The position numbers and the translations under genes are program-made. A stretch of DNA of 49,722 bases from a virus, in IMG/VR virus record IMGVR_UViG_3300045747_000037, positions 1-49,722 of that record; one strand, 5' to 3'. This document shows, in pieces, positions 1 through 8,937 of this stretch. The notes beneath the pieces are model-generated. The model ran no database searches, had not been told where the DNA came from, and saw nothing but the letters and a program-made list of their open reading frames with translations. Every line of letters begins with the position of its first letter. Positions within the stretch are counted from its first letter, which is position 1.

Positions 1-127
1 AGGGGTAGGTACTGTGGTGGTGAAATAATCGCTCGTATGTGAGTTTAGTGGGCAGTGGTAAGTTGTTGATTAGTAACGCTGTGCAATGAGCACTACATTT
101 CAATAATAATTGAAGTGTTGTAGTGTT
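1..127. repeat. Terminal direct repeat, left copy (identical to 49596..49722). Most likely a circular-assembly overlap.
   Basis: Bases 1-127 read identically to the last 127 bases of the window, and the identity ends exactly at the window edge. Confidence 0.95.
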
Positions 128-136
128 ACTAGTAAC
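125..136. repeat. GTTACTAGTAAC perfect 12-bp palindrome, copy 1 (intergenic, straddles the end of the terminal repeat)
   Basis: Exact string read in sequence. It is its own reverse complement. Confidence 0.95.
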
Positions 137-459
137 AGGTGAACACCGATGCTGCTGCAAGCAGCCATCACTCACCCTTTGGGGGGAGGGATGTAGCCCC
201 CGTAGGGGGATAGAGGTGTGTAAGTGTTAAGGGTAGGGGGGGAGCAATGTTGTAAATACATATATATTCTTATGACAGCTTACAACACTGCTATATGTTT
301 TATAACATAGGGGGCTACACTATAGATGTTATAGCTACTGTTTGTTGTAGTAGCATATAAACAACACTAACATCAACAACAACATAGACAACAGACACTA
401 CTCTATACATATAATGTTACTAATAACAATAACAACATAGAACATAAACAGGGATGTTC

Positions 460-486
460 CTCTCTCTTCCAACAAGGAAGAGAGAG
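460..486 (+). promoter_or_regulatory. Strong hairpin in the non-coding control region (11-bp stem CTCTCTCTTCC / GGAAGAGAGAG, loop AACAA)
   Basis: Perfect inverted repeat at 460-470 and 476-486. Confidence 0.6.
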
Positions 487-515
487 ATATAAAGATAAAG
501 AGAACAAGGCTGTTT

Positions 516-548
516 AGAGGGAAGAAGCCAGTAGGCTTCTATCCCTCT
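516..548 (+). promoter_or_regulatory. Long hairpin (AGAGGGAAGAAGCC-AGTA-GGCTTCT(A)TCCCTCT, 14 bp with one bulge)
   Basis: Inverted repeat read at 516-529 and 534-548. Confidence 0.55.
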
Positions 549-567
549 TCTCTCAATTACGCCGTAG

Positions 568-610
568 GCACAATAATGAACCCGGACTGTACATTCGTAC
601 AGTATTGTGC
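568..610 (+). promoter_or_regulatory. Nested hairpin (outer GCACAATA/TATTGTGC, inner ACTGTAC-ATTC-GTACAGT)
   Basis: Inverted repeats at 568-575/603-610 and 586-592/597-603. It overlaps the candidate -35 of the late-arm promoter. Confidence 0.5.
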
Positions 611-632
611 TCCTTCAAGCTAGTGATATAGT
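605..632 (+). promoter_or_regulatory. Candidate sigma70-like promoter for the plus-strand arm (TTGTGC - 16 nt - TATAGT)
   Basis: The hexamers were read by eye about 30 nt upstream of the first plus-strand gene (ATG 664, SD AGGAG at 653-657). No scoring was possible. Confidence 0.25.
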
Positions 633-663
633 CCACTCCCAACTAGCAAGTTAGGAGCAAGAC

Positions 664-1200
664 ATGTCAGCATTAGGTGTTCTACGTAAACCAAAGCCTA
701 CTAGCAAGAAGCACAAGACTGCTCATTGGACACAACAGCAGAGACTTCAAGCTGTCAGTACTTACCTGATGCTAGGTAACATGGTTGAGACTGCTGCTGT
801 GACTGGCATCTCAATCAACACCCTCAATACGTGGAGATACCAAGACTGGTTCAAAGAGTTCTCATTGAAGCTTCAAGCAGAAGATGTTCAAGAGATGGAC
901 TCCAATATGAGAAGGATTGTTGGTAAGGCTCTCAAGGCTGTAGAAGACAGGATTGACTTGGGAGATGCACAGTACGACCAACGTACAGGGGGCATCGTAA
1001 GGGTACCTGTCAAGGCTCATGTTGCGTTAAAGATCTCTACAGAGTTGCTTACCAAGAGGGAGAAGCTCAATGACAGACCGATCAAACAAGAGATTGAAAA
1101 GACCATTGATGACCGTTTAGCCAAGCTCTCGGAAGAGTTTGCTAGGTTTGCTTCAATGAAGGTCATTGACGTACAAGGCAACGTAGTTGCCGATAAATGA
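664..1200 (+). CDS. Putative small terminase subunit / HTH DNA-binding protein
   Basis: This is the first plus-strand ORF. Its stop overlaps the terL start (ATGA at 1197-1200). It has an HTH-like segment GNMVETAAVTGISINTLNTW. The function is inferred from synteny only. Confidence 0.5.
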   Translation: MSALGVLRKPKPTSKKHKTAHWTQQQRLQAVSTYLMLGNMVETAAVTGISINTLNTWRYQDWFKEFSLKLQAEDVQEMDSNMRRIVGKALKAVEDRIDLGDAQYDQRTGGIVRVPVKAHVALKISTELLTKREKLNDRPIKQEIEKTIDDRLAKLSEEFARFASMKVIDVQGNVVADK

Positions 1201-2717
1201 GCAAGCTCAACGCAAGTGTTATGGAAGGATTCGTTAACACGGTCCTACGGAAGAACTTTGATAAGCCTGCTGAGACTCCTCAATTCCACAGAGAGATCTG
1301 GGAACTTGTTACTAGTAACAGCAAACAGGTAGCCATTGCAGCACCTCGGTACCATGCCAAATCCACAGCAGTTACCCATGCCTACACACTTGCTTCAGTC
1401 CTCTTCAGGGAGAGTAGGTACGTCCTTATTGTTTCAGACACGGTTACTCAGGCTGTACAGTTCCTTGGTGACATCAAGAAGGAACTCCTTGAGAACGAAG
1501 ACCTCCGTGCCTTCTTCTCCGTATCAAGTTTCCCGAAAGATACAGAGGACGATCTCATTGTTGAGATGGAAGACAAGCACACCTTTCGGATACAGGCTAA
1601 GGGCAGTGAACAAAAGCTGCGGGGTTTGAAGTGGGCTAACCTTCGTCCTGATCTTGTCATTGGTGATGACATGGAGAATGATGAGATCGTTATGAACAAG
1701 GACCGTAGGCTTAAGTTCAAACGTTGGTTCTATGGTGCTCTCATCCCTTGTGTCTCTTCTTCAGGGAAGATCCGCATAGTCGGAACCATCCTCCACTTGG
1801 ACAGCTTGTTAGAGAACTTGATGCCATCTTCTCTGCTTACCTCTTCCAAAGGTAATGGCAAGATAGCCCTCATCCAAGAGGATCTCAAAGAGTGGACAAG
1901 GATGAAGTTGTCTTGGAGGTCTATCAAGTACCGTGCTCATACCGATGACTTCAAGTTGCTCTTGTGGCCTGAGATGAAGTCTGCGGAGGAGTACAGGCTA
2001 CAAAAGGATGATTACGTCAGACAAGGTTTAGCTGATGTTTACTCCCAAGAGATGTTAAACATCCCTCTCGACATCACAGACACCTTCTTCAAGAAGGAAG
2101 ACTTTATCCCAATGAAGCAAGAGGATCACAAGAGGAACATGATGTTCTATGTGACTTGTGACTTGGCAGTATCAACCTCCAACAAAGCAGACTATTCTGC
2201 CTTTACTGTTGGTGGTATGGACGAAGAAGGCAAGCTCTATTGCAAACATGTCATCAAGGCACGTATGGACGCTTTAGAGATTGTCGATACAATCTTTATG
2301 CTGCAAAAGGTTTATAAGCCCGTACTCTTTGGGTTTGAGCAAGGAACCATTACGAAAGCTATAGGACCATATCTCAATGAGGCAATGCTCAAGAGGGGTG
2401 TGTTCATCTCCATGTCTATGCTCAAGCCTAGTGGAGACAAACTAACTCGTGCTAGAAGCATTCAAGCTCGTATGAGAAGTGGTGCTTGCAAGTTCGATAA
2501 GGATGCGGAATGGTACCAAGGCTTTGAAGATGAGCTTCTCAGATTCCCTAGAGATAAACATGATGACCAAGTAGATGCTTGGAGCTATCTTGGACTCATG
2601 CTCGATCAGATGTGGGAAGCACCAACCGACAAAGAAATTGAACTTGAAGAGTACGAGGCTTTTAAACGAGACAACCAGATGCAAGATGAAGGTCGTTCAC
2701 TAACCTGTGGGTATTGA
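1197..2717 (+). CDS. terL: Terminase large subunit
   Basis: Walker A-like AAPRYHAKST, Walker B LVIGDDMEND, and RNaseH-like nuclease motifs VTCDLAVS...ADYSAF and HDDQVDAWSY. Confidence 0.9.
   Translation: MSKLNASVMEGFVNTVLRKNFDKPAETPQFHREIWELVTSNSKQVAIAAPRYHAKSTAVTHAYTLASVLFRESRYVLIVSDTVTQAVQFLGDIKKELLENEDLRAFFSVSSFPKDTEDDLIVEMEDKHTFRIQAKGSEQKLRGLKWANLRPDLVIGDDMENDEIVMNKDRRLKFKRWFYGALIPCVSSSGKIRIVGTILHLDSLLENLMPSSLLTSSKGNGKIALIQEDLKEWTRMKLSWRSIKYRAHTDDFKLLLWPEMKSAEEYRLQKDDYVRQGLADVYSQEMLNIPLDITDTFFKKEDFIPMKQEDHKRNMMFYVTCDLAVSTSNKADYSAFTVGGMDEEGKLYCKHVIKARMDALEIVDTIFMLQKVYKPVLFGFEQGTITKAIGPYLNEAMLKRGVFISMSMLKPSGDKLTRARSIQARMRSGACKFDKDAEWYQGFEDELLRFPRDKHDDQVDAWSYLGLMLDQMWEAPTDKEIELEEYEAFKRDNQMQDEGRSLTCGY
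1308..1319. repeat. GTTACTAGTAAC palindrome, copy 2 (inside terL, read V-T-S-N)
   Basis: Exact string, in frame with the 1197 ORF (ELVTSNSK). Confidence 0.95.
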
Positions 2718-2719
2718 TT

Positions 2720-4795
2720 ATGCTAAACCTCAAAGAGAAGTTTAAGTTGGAAGAGTTGGTCTTTGAGACCAACATTGCCAAGATCATGTGCAAGGAGGAC
2801 CTTAATGCCATTGGTTCTCAAGTTGTCAGGGACTATGACAATGATCTTCTCTCAAGGTCTTCATGGGAAAAGAGAACCGAAGCCTCATTGAAGTTAGCTC
2901 TTCAGGTAGCCGAGACCAAGAACTTTCCTTGGCCCAATGCTTCCAATGTCAAGTTCCCCCTTATCACTATTGCTGCACTGCAATACCATGCTCGTAGCTA
3001 CCCTGTCCTGATTGACTCCGATCTTCCTGTCAAATGTCGTGTGATTGGTGCTGACAAGGAAGGTTTGCGTAAACTTCGTGCAGAGCGTGTTGAAACACAC
3101 ATGAGCTACCAACTCCTAGAGGAAGACGAGGATTGGGAATCTGAGATGGATAAGGTTCTCATCACACAGCCTATCGTTGGTTGTGCTTTCAAGAAGACCT
3201 ACTTTGATCCAATCAAGAAGCACAATGTCTCTGAGAACGTTCTAGCTAAGGACTTGGTTGTTAACTATTGGACCAAGAGCTTAGAGACTGCACCTCGTAT
3301 TACCCATGTCCTTCAGATGTCCACCAATGAGATCTATGAGCGTACTGCTCGTGGTTTATGGGTGGAAGGCATTCAAGAGGGCAGACAACAACAAGCAGCT
3401 TCTATCCTAGCGACTAGTGGCTTACAAACAGCACAAGACAAGGCACAAGGTCTTTCTCCTCCAGAACCAAACGACTCTAGCACTCCCATTGAGATCCTAG
3501 AGCAACACTGCTCAATAGACTTGGATGATGATGGCTATGAAGAGCCTTACATTGTCTATGTACGCAAAGACAACAAGAAGGTAGCTCGTATTGTTGCTAG
3601 GTTCATTGACATTGACATTGACAGAGATGACAAGGGAGTTGTCCTCTCAATCAAAGCGGAGCAGTACTTCACCAAGTACCCATTCATTCCTTCTCCTGAT
3701 GGTGGCTTCTATGACTTGGGTTTTGGTATGTTGCTTGGTCCTCTTAATGAGTCTATCAATACGATCATCAATCAACTGGTTGATGCTGGAACTATGGCTA
3801 ATACGGCGGGAGGTTTCCTTAGCCGTGGCATCAAGCTTCGTGGTGGTAATTACACTTTCAATCCTATGGAGTGGAAGCATGTGGATACCACAGGTGATGA
3901 CCTCCGTAAAGGCATCGTTCCACTTCCTGTACGTGAACCTAGTCAGGTACTATTTACCCTCTTGAATCTTCTGATCAACTACGGTGAGAGGGTAGGTGGC
4001 TCCGTAGACATCCTTACTGGTCAGAACCCCGGACAGAACACTCCTGCCGAGACTACCCGCACTATGGCAGAGCAGGGTATGAAGATCTTCAATGGGATCT
4101 TCAAGCGTACCTACCGTTCTCTCAAGCAAGAGTTCCGTAAGCTTTACCGCTTGAATCAGATCTTCATTACCGAGAACACCGAGTACGTAACCAACGCTGA
4201 AGGTGAAGGTATGGTCTTGGCTATTGACTATGAAGGTCCTGTCACTGATGTCATGCCAACTGCTGACCCAAGTATCACCTCTGATGCTCAACGTTCTAGG
4301 CAAGCCATGATCGTTGCTGACCGTACTGCCAATACTCCGGGCTTGTACAACCGATACGAAGCTGAGAGGATGATCCTCAAAGCTGCCAAGATTCCTGACA
4401 TTGACAAGGTGCTTCCAGATCCGAAGAGTCCGAATGCTGTTCAACCTCCTCCAAATCCGAAGCTACAGATTGAGCAGATGAAGATGCAAGCCAAGCAAGC
4501 TTCTGATCAGCTTGACATGAAGCTTGGTCTGTTGGAACTAATGAGTAAGGTTGAACTACAACAAGCTCAGATCAAGAAGCTAGAAGCAGAGGCAGAAGCA
4601 ATCAAGATTGGTGTTATTACCGAAGGTGAACAGATGCGCCTCAACAAGATCAATACGGAGATCGCTATGCAGCGTGAGCGCCGTGATGGTGTCTTGAGTT
4701 CCATACAGACCATGAACAGTGTGTATGAGACCATGATGAAAGGCCAACAGATGCAGATAGATGCAAAGGAGGCCAGTAGTGCAACTAAACCTTAA
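2720..4795 (+). CDS. Portal protein
   Basis: A roughly 690-aa ORF immediately after terL, with the size and position typical of a portal and a charged coiled-coil C-terminus. ATG 2720 is preferred over TTG 2714. Confidence 0.75.
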   Translation: MLNLKEKFKLEELVFETNIAKIMCKEDLNAIGSQVVRDYDNDLLSRSSWEKRTEASLKLALQVAETKNFPWPNASNVKFPLITIAALQYHARSYPVLIDSDLPVKCRVIGADKEGLRKLRAERVETHMSYQLLEEDEDWESEMDKVLITQPIVGCAFKKTYFDPIKKHNVSENVLAKDLVVNYWTKSLETAPRITHVLQMSTNEIYERTARGLWVEGIQEGRQQQAASILATSGLQTAQDKAQGLSPPEPNDSSTPIEILEQHCSIDLDDDGYEEPYIVYVRKDNKKVARIVARFIDIDIDRDDKGVVLSIKAEQYFTKYPFIPSPDGGFYDLGFGMLLGPLNESINTIINQLVDAGTMANTAGGFLSRGIKLRGGNYTFNPMEWKHVDTTGDDLRKGIVPLPVREPSQVLFTLLNLLINYGERVGGSVDILTGQNPGQNTPAETTRTMAEQGMKIFNGIFKRTYRSLKQEFRKLYRLNQIFITENTEYVTNAEGEGMVLAIDYEGPVTDVMPTADPSITSDAQRSRQAMIVADRTANTPGLYNRYEAERMILKAAKIPDIDKVLPDPKSPNAVQPPPNPKLQIEQMKMQAKQASDQLDMKLGLLELMSKVELQQAQIKKLEAEAEAIKIGVITEGEQMRLNKINTEIAMQRERRDGVLSSIQTMNSVYETMMKGQQMQIDAKEASSATKP

Positions 4796-4804
4796 GGAGT
4801 AAGT

Positions 4805-5041
4805 ATGGCAATTGAGATAGCGACAGAGGAAGCGTTTGAAGAGTGGAAGTACCACCCAATAACTCAGCGTCTTATGAAGATGCTCTTCTCGGATAGAGAA
4901 GCTATGAAGGAGGGGATTGTGAACAACGTCTTTGAGAACGCAGAAGAGGTTAAGGGTCGTTGTCGAGCCTTGGCTATCCTGTTGAACTTGGAGTACTCTG
5001 ACTTGGTTTCAATAGAGAGAGGTGATTCTTATGAGCAATGA
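4805..5041 (+). CDS. Hypothetical small head-module protein
   Basis: SD AAGGAG 8 nt upstream, with no competing frame. Confidence 0.6.
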   Translation: MAIEIATEEAFEEWKYHPITQRLMKMLFSDREAMKEGIVNNVFENAEEVKGRCRALAILLNLEYSDLVSIERGDSYEQ

Positions 5042-5381
5042 ATCAGGCATTAACCCTGTTGGTTGGAGAATCTTGATCAAGCCAAAGGAGATCATGGAGA
5101 AGTCTGCTGGTGGCATTATCTTGGCTACCGAGTCCACTAAGGAACGAGAGCAGATGGCTAACACTACAGGAGTTGTCATAGCAATGGGAGACCAATGCTA
5201 CCAAGACGAATCTACCCCGTGGTGTGTTGTTGGGGACAAAGTTATCTTTGCAAAGTACGCTGGGCTACTCTATACGGGTGGAGATGGTGAGAAGTATCGC
5301 ATTGTCAACGACAAAGACATTGTTGGAACACTAGATGCTTCTGTAGACCTAGTTGATCCGTACCTAGCTAGGGGGCAATGA
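5031..5381 (+). CDS. GroES/Cpn10-like co-chaperonin
   Basis: GWRILIKPKEIMEKSAGGIILATESTKE...VGDKVIFAKYAG...YRIVNDKDIVGTL is collinear with GroES (RVIVKR...KSAGGIVL...VGDIVIF...ILIMSESDILAIV). ATG 5031 is preferred to GTG 5022. Confidence 0.7.
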   Translation: MSNESGINPVGWRILIKPKEIMEKSAGGIILATESTKEREQMANTTGVVIAMGDQCYQDESTPWCVVGDKVIFAKYAGLLYTGGDGEKYRIVNDKDIVGTLDASVDLVDPYLARGQ

Positions 5382-5842
5382 TGTCTGAGACTCCAGAACG
5401 TAAAGCCTACATTAAAGAGTGGCAGGCTAGAAACAAAGACAGATGCCTAGAAACTAACAGAGCTTGGAAGCAACGTAACAAAGAGCATTGCCAAGCATAC
5501 TTCAAAGAGTGGGCCAAAAGTAATCCAGAGGTATTTGCTGCTTCTCATGTTAAGGCGACAGAATCCTACCGTAAAAGGAATACTGCTGCCTACTCTGCCT
5601 ATGCTGCTAAACGTAGAGCATTGGAACTAAAGGCTACTCCTAATTGGGCTAACCTTGCTGCGATTGAGATTGAGTACAAGTTGTCTGCTTGGTGCTCTAG
5701 TGTGATGGGACAACAGTACCATGTTGACCACATCATCCCACTCAAAGGAAAAAACGTTTGTGGATTACACGTAGAGAGCAACCTACAAGTGATTCCTGCT
5801 AGAGTAAATCAAAGCAAACACAACAAGTTTGTTGCTGCATAA
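5378..5842 (+). CDS. HNH endonuclease (free-standing, homing-type)
   Basis: HVDHIIPLKGKNVCGLHVESNLQVIPARVNQSKHNK is an HNH core. ATGA overlap with the upstream gene. Confidence 0.8.
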   Translation: MMSETPERKAYIKEWQARNKDRCLETNRAWKQRNKEHCQAYFKEWAKSNPEVFAASHVKATESYRKRNTAAYSAYAAKRRALELKATPNWANLAAIEIEYKLSAWCSSVMGQQYHVDHIIPLKGKNVCGLHVESNLQVIPARVNQSKHNKFVAA

Positions 5843-5852
5843 GGAGATAGAC

Positions 5853-6695
5853 ATGGCTGACACACAAACAGATGTTACTAGTAACGAAACACCCCCAGAG
5901 GTCCTGCATGAAGCAGAGTCTCAAGGCTGGGTGCCAAAGGATCGTTATCGAGGTAACGAAAAGGATTGGGTAGACGCAGAGACCTTCGTTAAGCGTGGTC
6001 GTGAGATCCTTCCAATCCTCAAAAAGAACAATGAGAACCTAGTCCGTGATTTGAATCAGACTAGGGAACAACTCAAAGAATTTCGTGAAGCTGCGGAAGA
6101 GTTCAAGAAGTTCCAGCGTGAGTCTTACGAACGTAAGGCAGCAGACTTTGAGGCTCAGATCAAAGCAATCAAGGAGAGCCGTGCTCAAGCCATTAGTGAT
6201 GGTGATGGGCAAAAGGTCAATGCCTTGGATGATGCCCTCGACACAGCCAAAGACAATCTCAAGGAAGCTAAACAAGCCGTTAAGGATGTTGTTAGCACTC
6301 CTGTTGTTGAAGCTCCTTCTTCGGCTAATCTTGATCCAAACTTACAAACGTGGCTAAATAGCAACGATTGGTTTGGGGTTGATAAGCGCATGACAGGCAT
6401 TGCCAATGGCATTGGTGAGAGCCTTCGCATTGAGTTTCCAATGCTCAAAGGACAGGCTTTCTTGGAAAAACTTGATGAGGTTCTGGCAGAAGAGTTCCCC
6501 AACAAGTTTGGCAAAACAACCAAACGGGCTGCTGGTTCACCTGTTGAATCTGGTTCTGGAAGACAAGGCCGTGGTAGCTCTAGCTCCAAGTCTTACGACA
6601 ACCTTCCCTCTGACGCTAAAGCAGCTTGCGATAAATTCGTTCGTCAAAAACTAATGACCAAAGATGAGTACGTGCAAGCGTATGACTGGTCTTAA
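5853..6695 (+). CDS. Putative scaffolding protein
   Basis: Acidic, K/E-rich, coiled-coil-like sequence between portal and capsid genes. SD AAGGAG at 5841-5846 precedes ATG 5853. Confidence 0.55.
   Translation: MADTQTDVTSNETPPEVLHEAESQGWVPKDRYRGNEKDWVDAETFVKRGREILPILKKNNENLVRDLNQTREQLKEFREAAEEFKKFQRESYERKAADFEAQIKAIKESRAQAISDGDGQKVNALDDALDTAKDNLKEAKQAVKDVVSTPVVEAPSSANLDPNLQTWLNSNDWFGVDKRMTGIANGIGESLRIEFPMLKGQAFLEKLDEVLAEEFPNKFGKTTKRAAGSPVESGSGRQGRGSSSSKSYDNLPSDAKAACDKFVRQKLMTKDEYVQAYDWS
5874..5885. repeat. GTTACTAGTAAC palindrome, copy 3 (in the scaffold-like gene, read V-T-S-N)
   Basis: Exact string, in frame (DVTSNETP). Confidence 0.95.
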
Positions 6696-6710
6696 CTTAA
6701 AGGAAACATC

Positions 6711-7232
6711 ATGCCAAGAGCACTTACCGAGATGGAAAAGAGGGATCGTATGTACGAAAAGATTGAGGAACGCAAGGCTGCTTTGGTCTCTGGACCCCCT
6801 GCTGCTGACGGAGCTACCCGCAAGCGTAGGAACATCTTTAATGGCACCGAATTAAAATTAGGTGTACGAGAACAGATTCCGGGGTATCATCTGCACATCT
6901 TTACGGATACGGGAACTCGTGTCCAAGAAGCCATTGATGGTGGATGGGAGTTTGTTACCCCTTCTGAAATCGGTGGGATTAGTGAGAATGTGGTCAGTCG
7001 TAATGGCGACCTAGGAGAAAGAATCAGGTACCTTGTTAACCCCCGTACTGGTGAAGGTACGGACAAGTTCGGATACTTGATGAAGATTCGGCAAGAGTGG
7101 TACGAGGAAGATCAAGCTGAACTTCAAGTTAAGAACAGTCAGGTTGATGCAGCTATCAAGCGTGGCAAGATTACTGGGGAAAACCCTAGCTTCTATGTCC
7201 CGAAGGGCGGCATTAGCATGAAACAAACGTAA
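6711..7232 (+). CDS. Hypothetical head-module protein
   Basis: SD AAGGA upstream and a clean single frame. No motif recognised. Confidence 0.65.
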   Translation: MPRALTEMEKRDRMYEKIEERKAALVSGPPAADGATRKRRNIFNGTELKLGVREQIPGYHLHIFTDTGTRVQEAIDGGWEFVTPSEIGGISENVVSRNGDLGERIRYLVNPRTGEGTDKFGYLMKIRQEWYEEDQAELQVKNSQVDAAIKRGKITGENPSFYVPKGGISMKQT

Positions 7233-7251
7233 TCTTTCTTAGGAGTTTTTT

Positions 7252-7920
7252 ATGGCACTGATCAATAAGCCTTCTGGCTTTAGCCCCGTACGCAGTCTAT
7301 TGGCTGGTGGGTTCAATGAACAAGGGACGTTGTACGCCATCCCTACCGCCGACACAACTAACAGCTATGCTATTGGTGATGTCGTTATGTCCCGTGCTAG
7401 TTCTGATGCTAACGGTATCCGTTACGTTCAGAAGTGGGGCGGTGCAACCACTACCTCTGCTTTGCCTCTCGGTATCATTGTTGGTATCCGTGTAGCTGAT
7501 CCGGGCGTTAGCTTGGTTGGTACTGCTCTATCATTAGAACAAACATACATTGCCGCAGGCACTCGTACTAACGTACGTTACGTCTACGTTGTGGATGATC
7601 CGTTTGTTGTATTTGAAGCCCAGTTCGACTCTACAGGTCCCACTCAAGCCCAGTTGTCTTTGAATGCTGCCGTGACTATCTCGGCTGCTAATCAGACTTC
7701 TTTGGCTCCAAGTGCTCCGTTCTCGGACATGGTGCTCACTGGTCCTGCTGTGACCGCTACTTTGCCAATCCGTATGTTGGGTGCTTCACAGCGTCCTGAA
7801 AACGTGCTGAATGGTTCTTCCGCTACTCCTTACATTCGTGTTCTGTGCAAATGGAACTACCACGAATACGGGGTTATCGGTTCTGCCTCTGGCACTGTTG
7901 TCAACTACCTCGCTGTTTAA
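7252..7920 (+). CDS. Hypothetical virion protein (possible capsid accessory/decoration protein)
   Basis: SD AGGAG upstream, sits directly before the major capsid gene. Function not recognisable. Confidence 0.6.
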   Translation: MALINKPSGFSPVRSLLAGGFNEQGTLYAIPTADTTNSYAIGDVVMSRASSDANGIRYVQKWGGATTTSALPLGIIVGIRVADPGVSLVGTALSLEQTYIAAGTRTNVRYVYVVDDPFVVFEAQFDSTGPTQAQLSLNAAVTISAANQTSLAPSAPFSDMVLTGPAVTATLPIRMLGASQRPENVLNGSSATPYIRVLCKWNYHEYGVIGSASGTVVNYLAV

Positions 7921-7932
7921 GGAGAACATATC

Positions 7933-8853
7933 ATGGCAGGCGTAATCACAACCGCATCGCATCCCAAGGCACTATGGCCCGGTATCAAGGCTTGGTGGGG
8001 ACAGACCTACAATGAACATCCTGAAGAGTACTGCGACATCTTTGATAAAGATACTTCTACGCAGAACTACGAAGAAGATGTTCAACTGTCTGGGTTTGGT
8101 CTTGCACCAATCAAGTCCGAAGGTGCTGGCATAGCATACGACTCGGAAATCCAAGGCTTCGTTACTCGGTACACCCACGTTGCTTACGCAATGGGGTACA
8201 TCGTGACCAAAGAAGAGATGGATGACAACCTGTATGAACAGGTCTCCAAGAAACGTGCTGCTGCATTGGCAATGTCTTTCCGTCAAACGAAAGAGAACGT
8301 TGCAGCTAACATCTACAACCGTGCTTTTAATGCTACCTACCTTGGTGGTGATGGTGTGCCTTTGGCTTCCACTGCTCACCCCAACACCTCTGGTGGTACA
8401 TGGGCTAACAAGCCTGCGGTAGATGTGGACTTGTCTGAAGCTGCTTTGGAAGATGCAGTGATCGCAATCATGGGTCTCCAAAATGACCGTGGTTTGTTGG
8501 TTGCTATCCAACCAAATAGCTTGCACATTGCTCGTCAAGAGTTGTTCAATGCCCAACGCATTCTGCACAGCACTTACCAGACTGGCAATGCCAACAATGA
8601 CATTAACGTTATCAAGTCAGGTAACTACCTGCCGGGTGGCTTTAAGGTCAACCACTACTTCACAAGCCCCCACGCTTGGTTTATCCGTAACACCATCCCC
8701 GGTGGTACTGGTATGAAGTACTACGAACGTCATGCCATTGCCTTTGACCAAGACAATGACTTCGACACAATGAACGCCAAGGCCAAAGGCTACGAGCGTT
8801 ACTCATTCGGCTGGAGTGATCCTCGCGCTGTTTGGGGGGTGAATGGACCGTGA
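7933..8853 (+). CDS. Major capsid protein (Mu gpT-like pattern)
   Basis: 306 aa. The N-terminal pattern ...YCDIFDKDTSTQNYEEDVQLSGFGLAPIKSEGAGIAYDS...EEMDDNLY resembles my recollection of the Mu gpT family. SD AAGGAG upstream, followed by an intrinsic terminator. Confidence 0.7.
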   Translation: MAGVITTASHPKALWPGIKAWWGQTYNEHPEEYCDIFDKDTSTQNYEEDVQLSGFGLAPIKSEGAGIAYDSEIQGFVTRYTHVAYAMGYIVTKEEMDDNLYEQVSKKRAAALAMSFRQTKENVAANIYNRAFNATYLGGDGVPLASTAHPNTSGGTWANKPAVDVDLSEAALEDAVIAIMGLQNDRGLLVAIQPNSLHIARQELFNAQRILHSTYQTGNANNDINVIKSGNYLPGGFKVNHYFTSPHAWFIRNTIPGGTGMKYYERHAIAFDQDNDFDTMNAKAKGYERYSFGWSDPRAVWGVNGP

Positions 8854-8885
8854 CGGTATAGGGACAACACAACCCTAAATAGTGC

Positions 8886-8914
8886 TTGACACTAAAGAAC
8901 CTCCTAGCTAGACT
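8886..8914 (+). promoter_or_regulatory. Candidate sigma70-like promoter (TTGACA - 17 nt - TAGACT) upstream of the second HNH gene
   Basis: Perfect -35 hexamer at 8886-8891 and TAnnnT at 8909-8914. It overlaps the terminator hairpin. Confidence 0.25.
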
Positions 8915-8937
8915 TAGGTCTCCTAGGAGGTATTTTT
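8899..8937 (+). terminator. Rho-independent terminator after the capsid gene. Its 3' arm contains the SD of the next gene.
   Basis: The 9-bp stem ACCTCCTAG (8899-8907) / CTAGGAGGT (8923-8931) is followed by ATTTTTA. Confidence 0.6.

Noticed and set aside
181-247. A G-quadruplex call for the G-tract cluster
   Set aside because: The tracts are separated by long, unequal loops (up to about 20 nt), and part of the region can instead form the CCCCC-GTA-GGGGG hairpin. It cannot be supported without a predictor or experiment, so it is mentioned only within the control-region finding.
7972-8568. A long antisense ORF (198 aa) inside the major capsid gene. Many similar nested or alternative-frame track ORFs exist, for example 1336-1629, 1448-1720, 3950-4444, 6185-6589, 11500-11964, 13883-14242, 15103-15564, 26407-26874, 29590-29982, 33489-33839, 33764-34186, 41264-41668 and 46794-47123.
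   Set aside because: Each lies entirely within a longer ORF that has recognisable motifs, an SD or coupled start, and consistent gene packing. The nested ORFs lack SD sequences and have skewed, low-complexity translations typical of off-frame reading.
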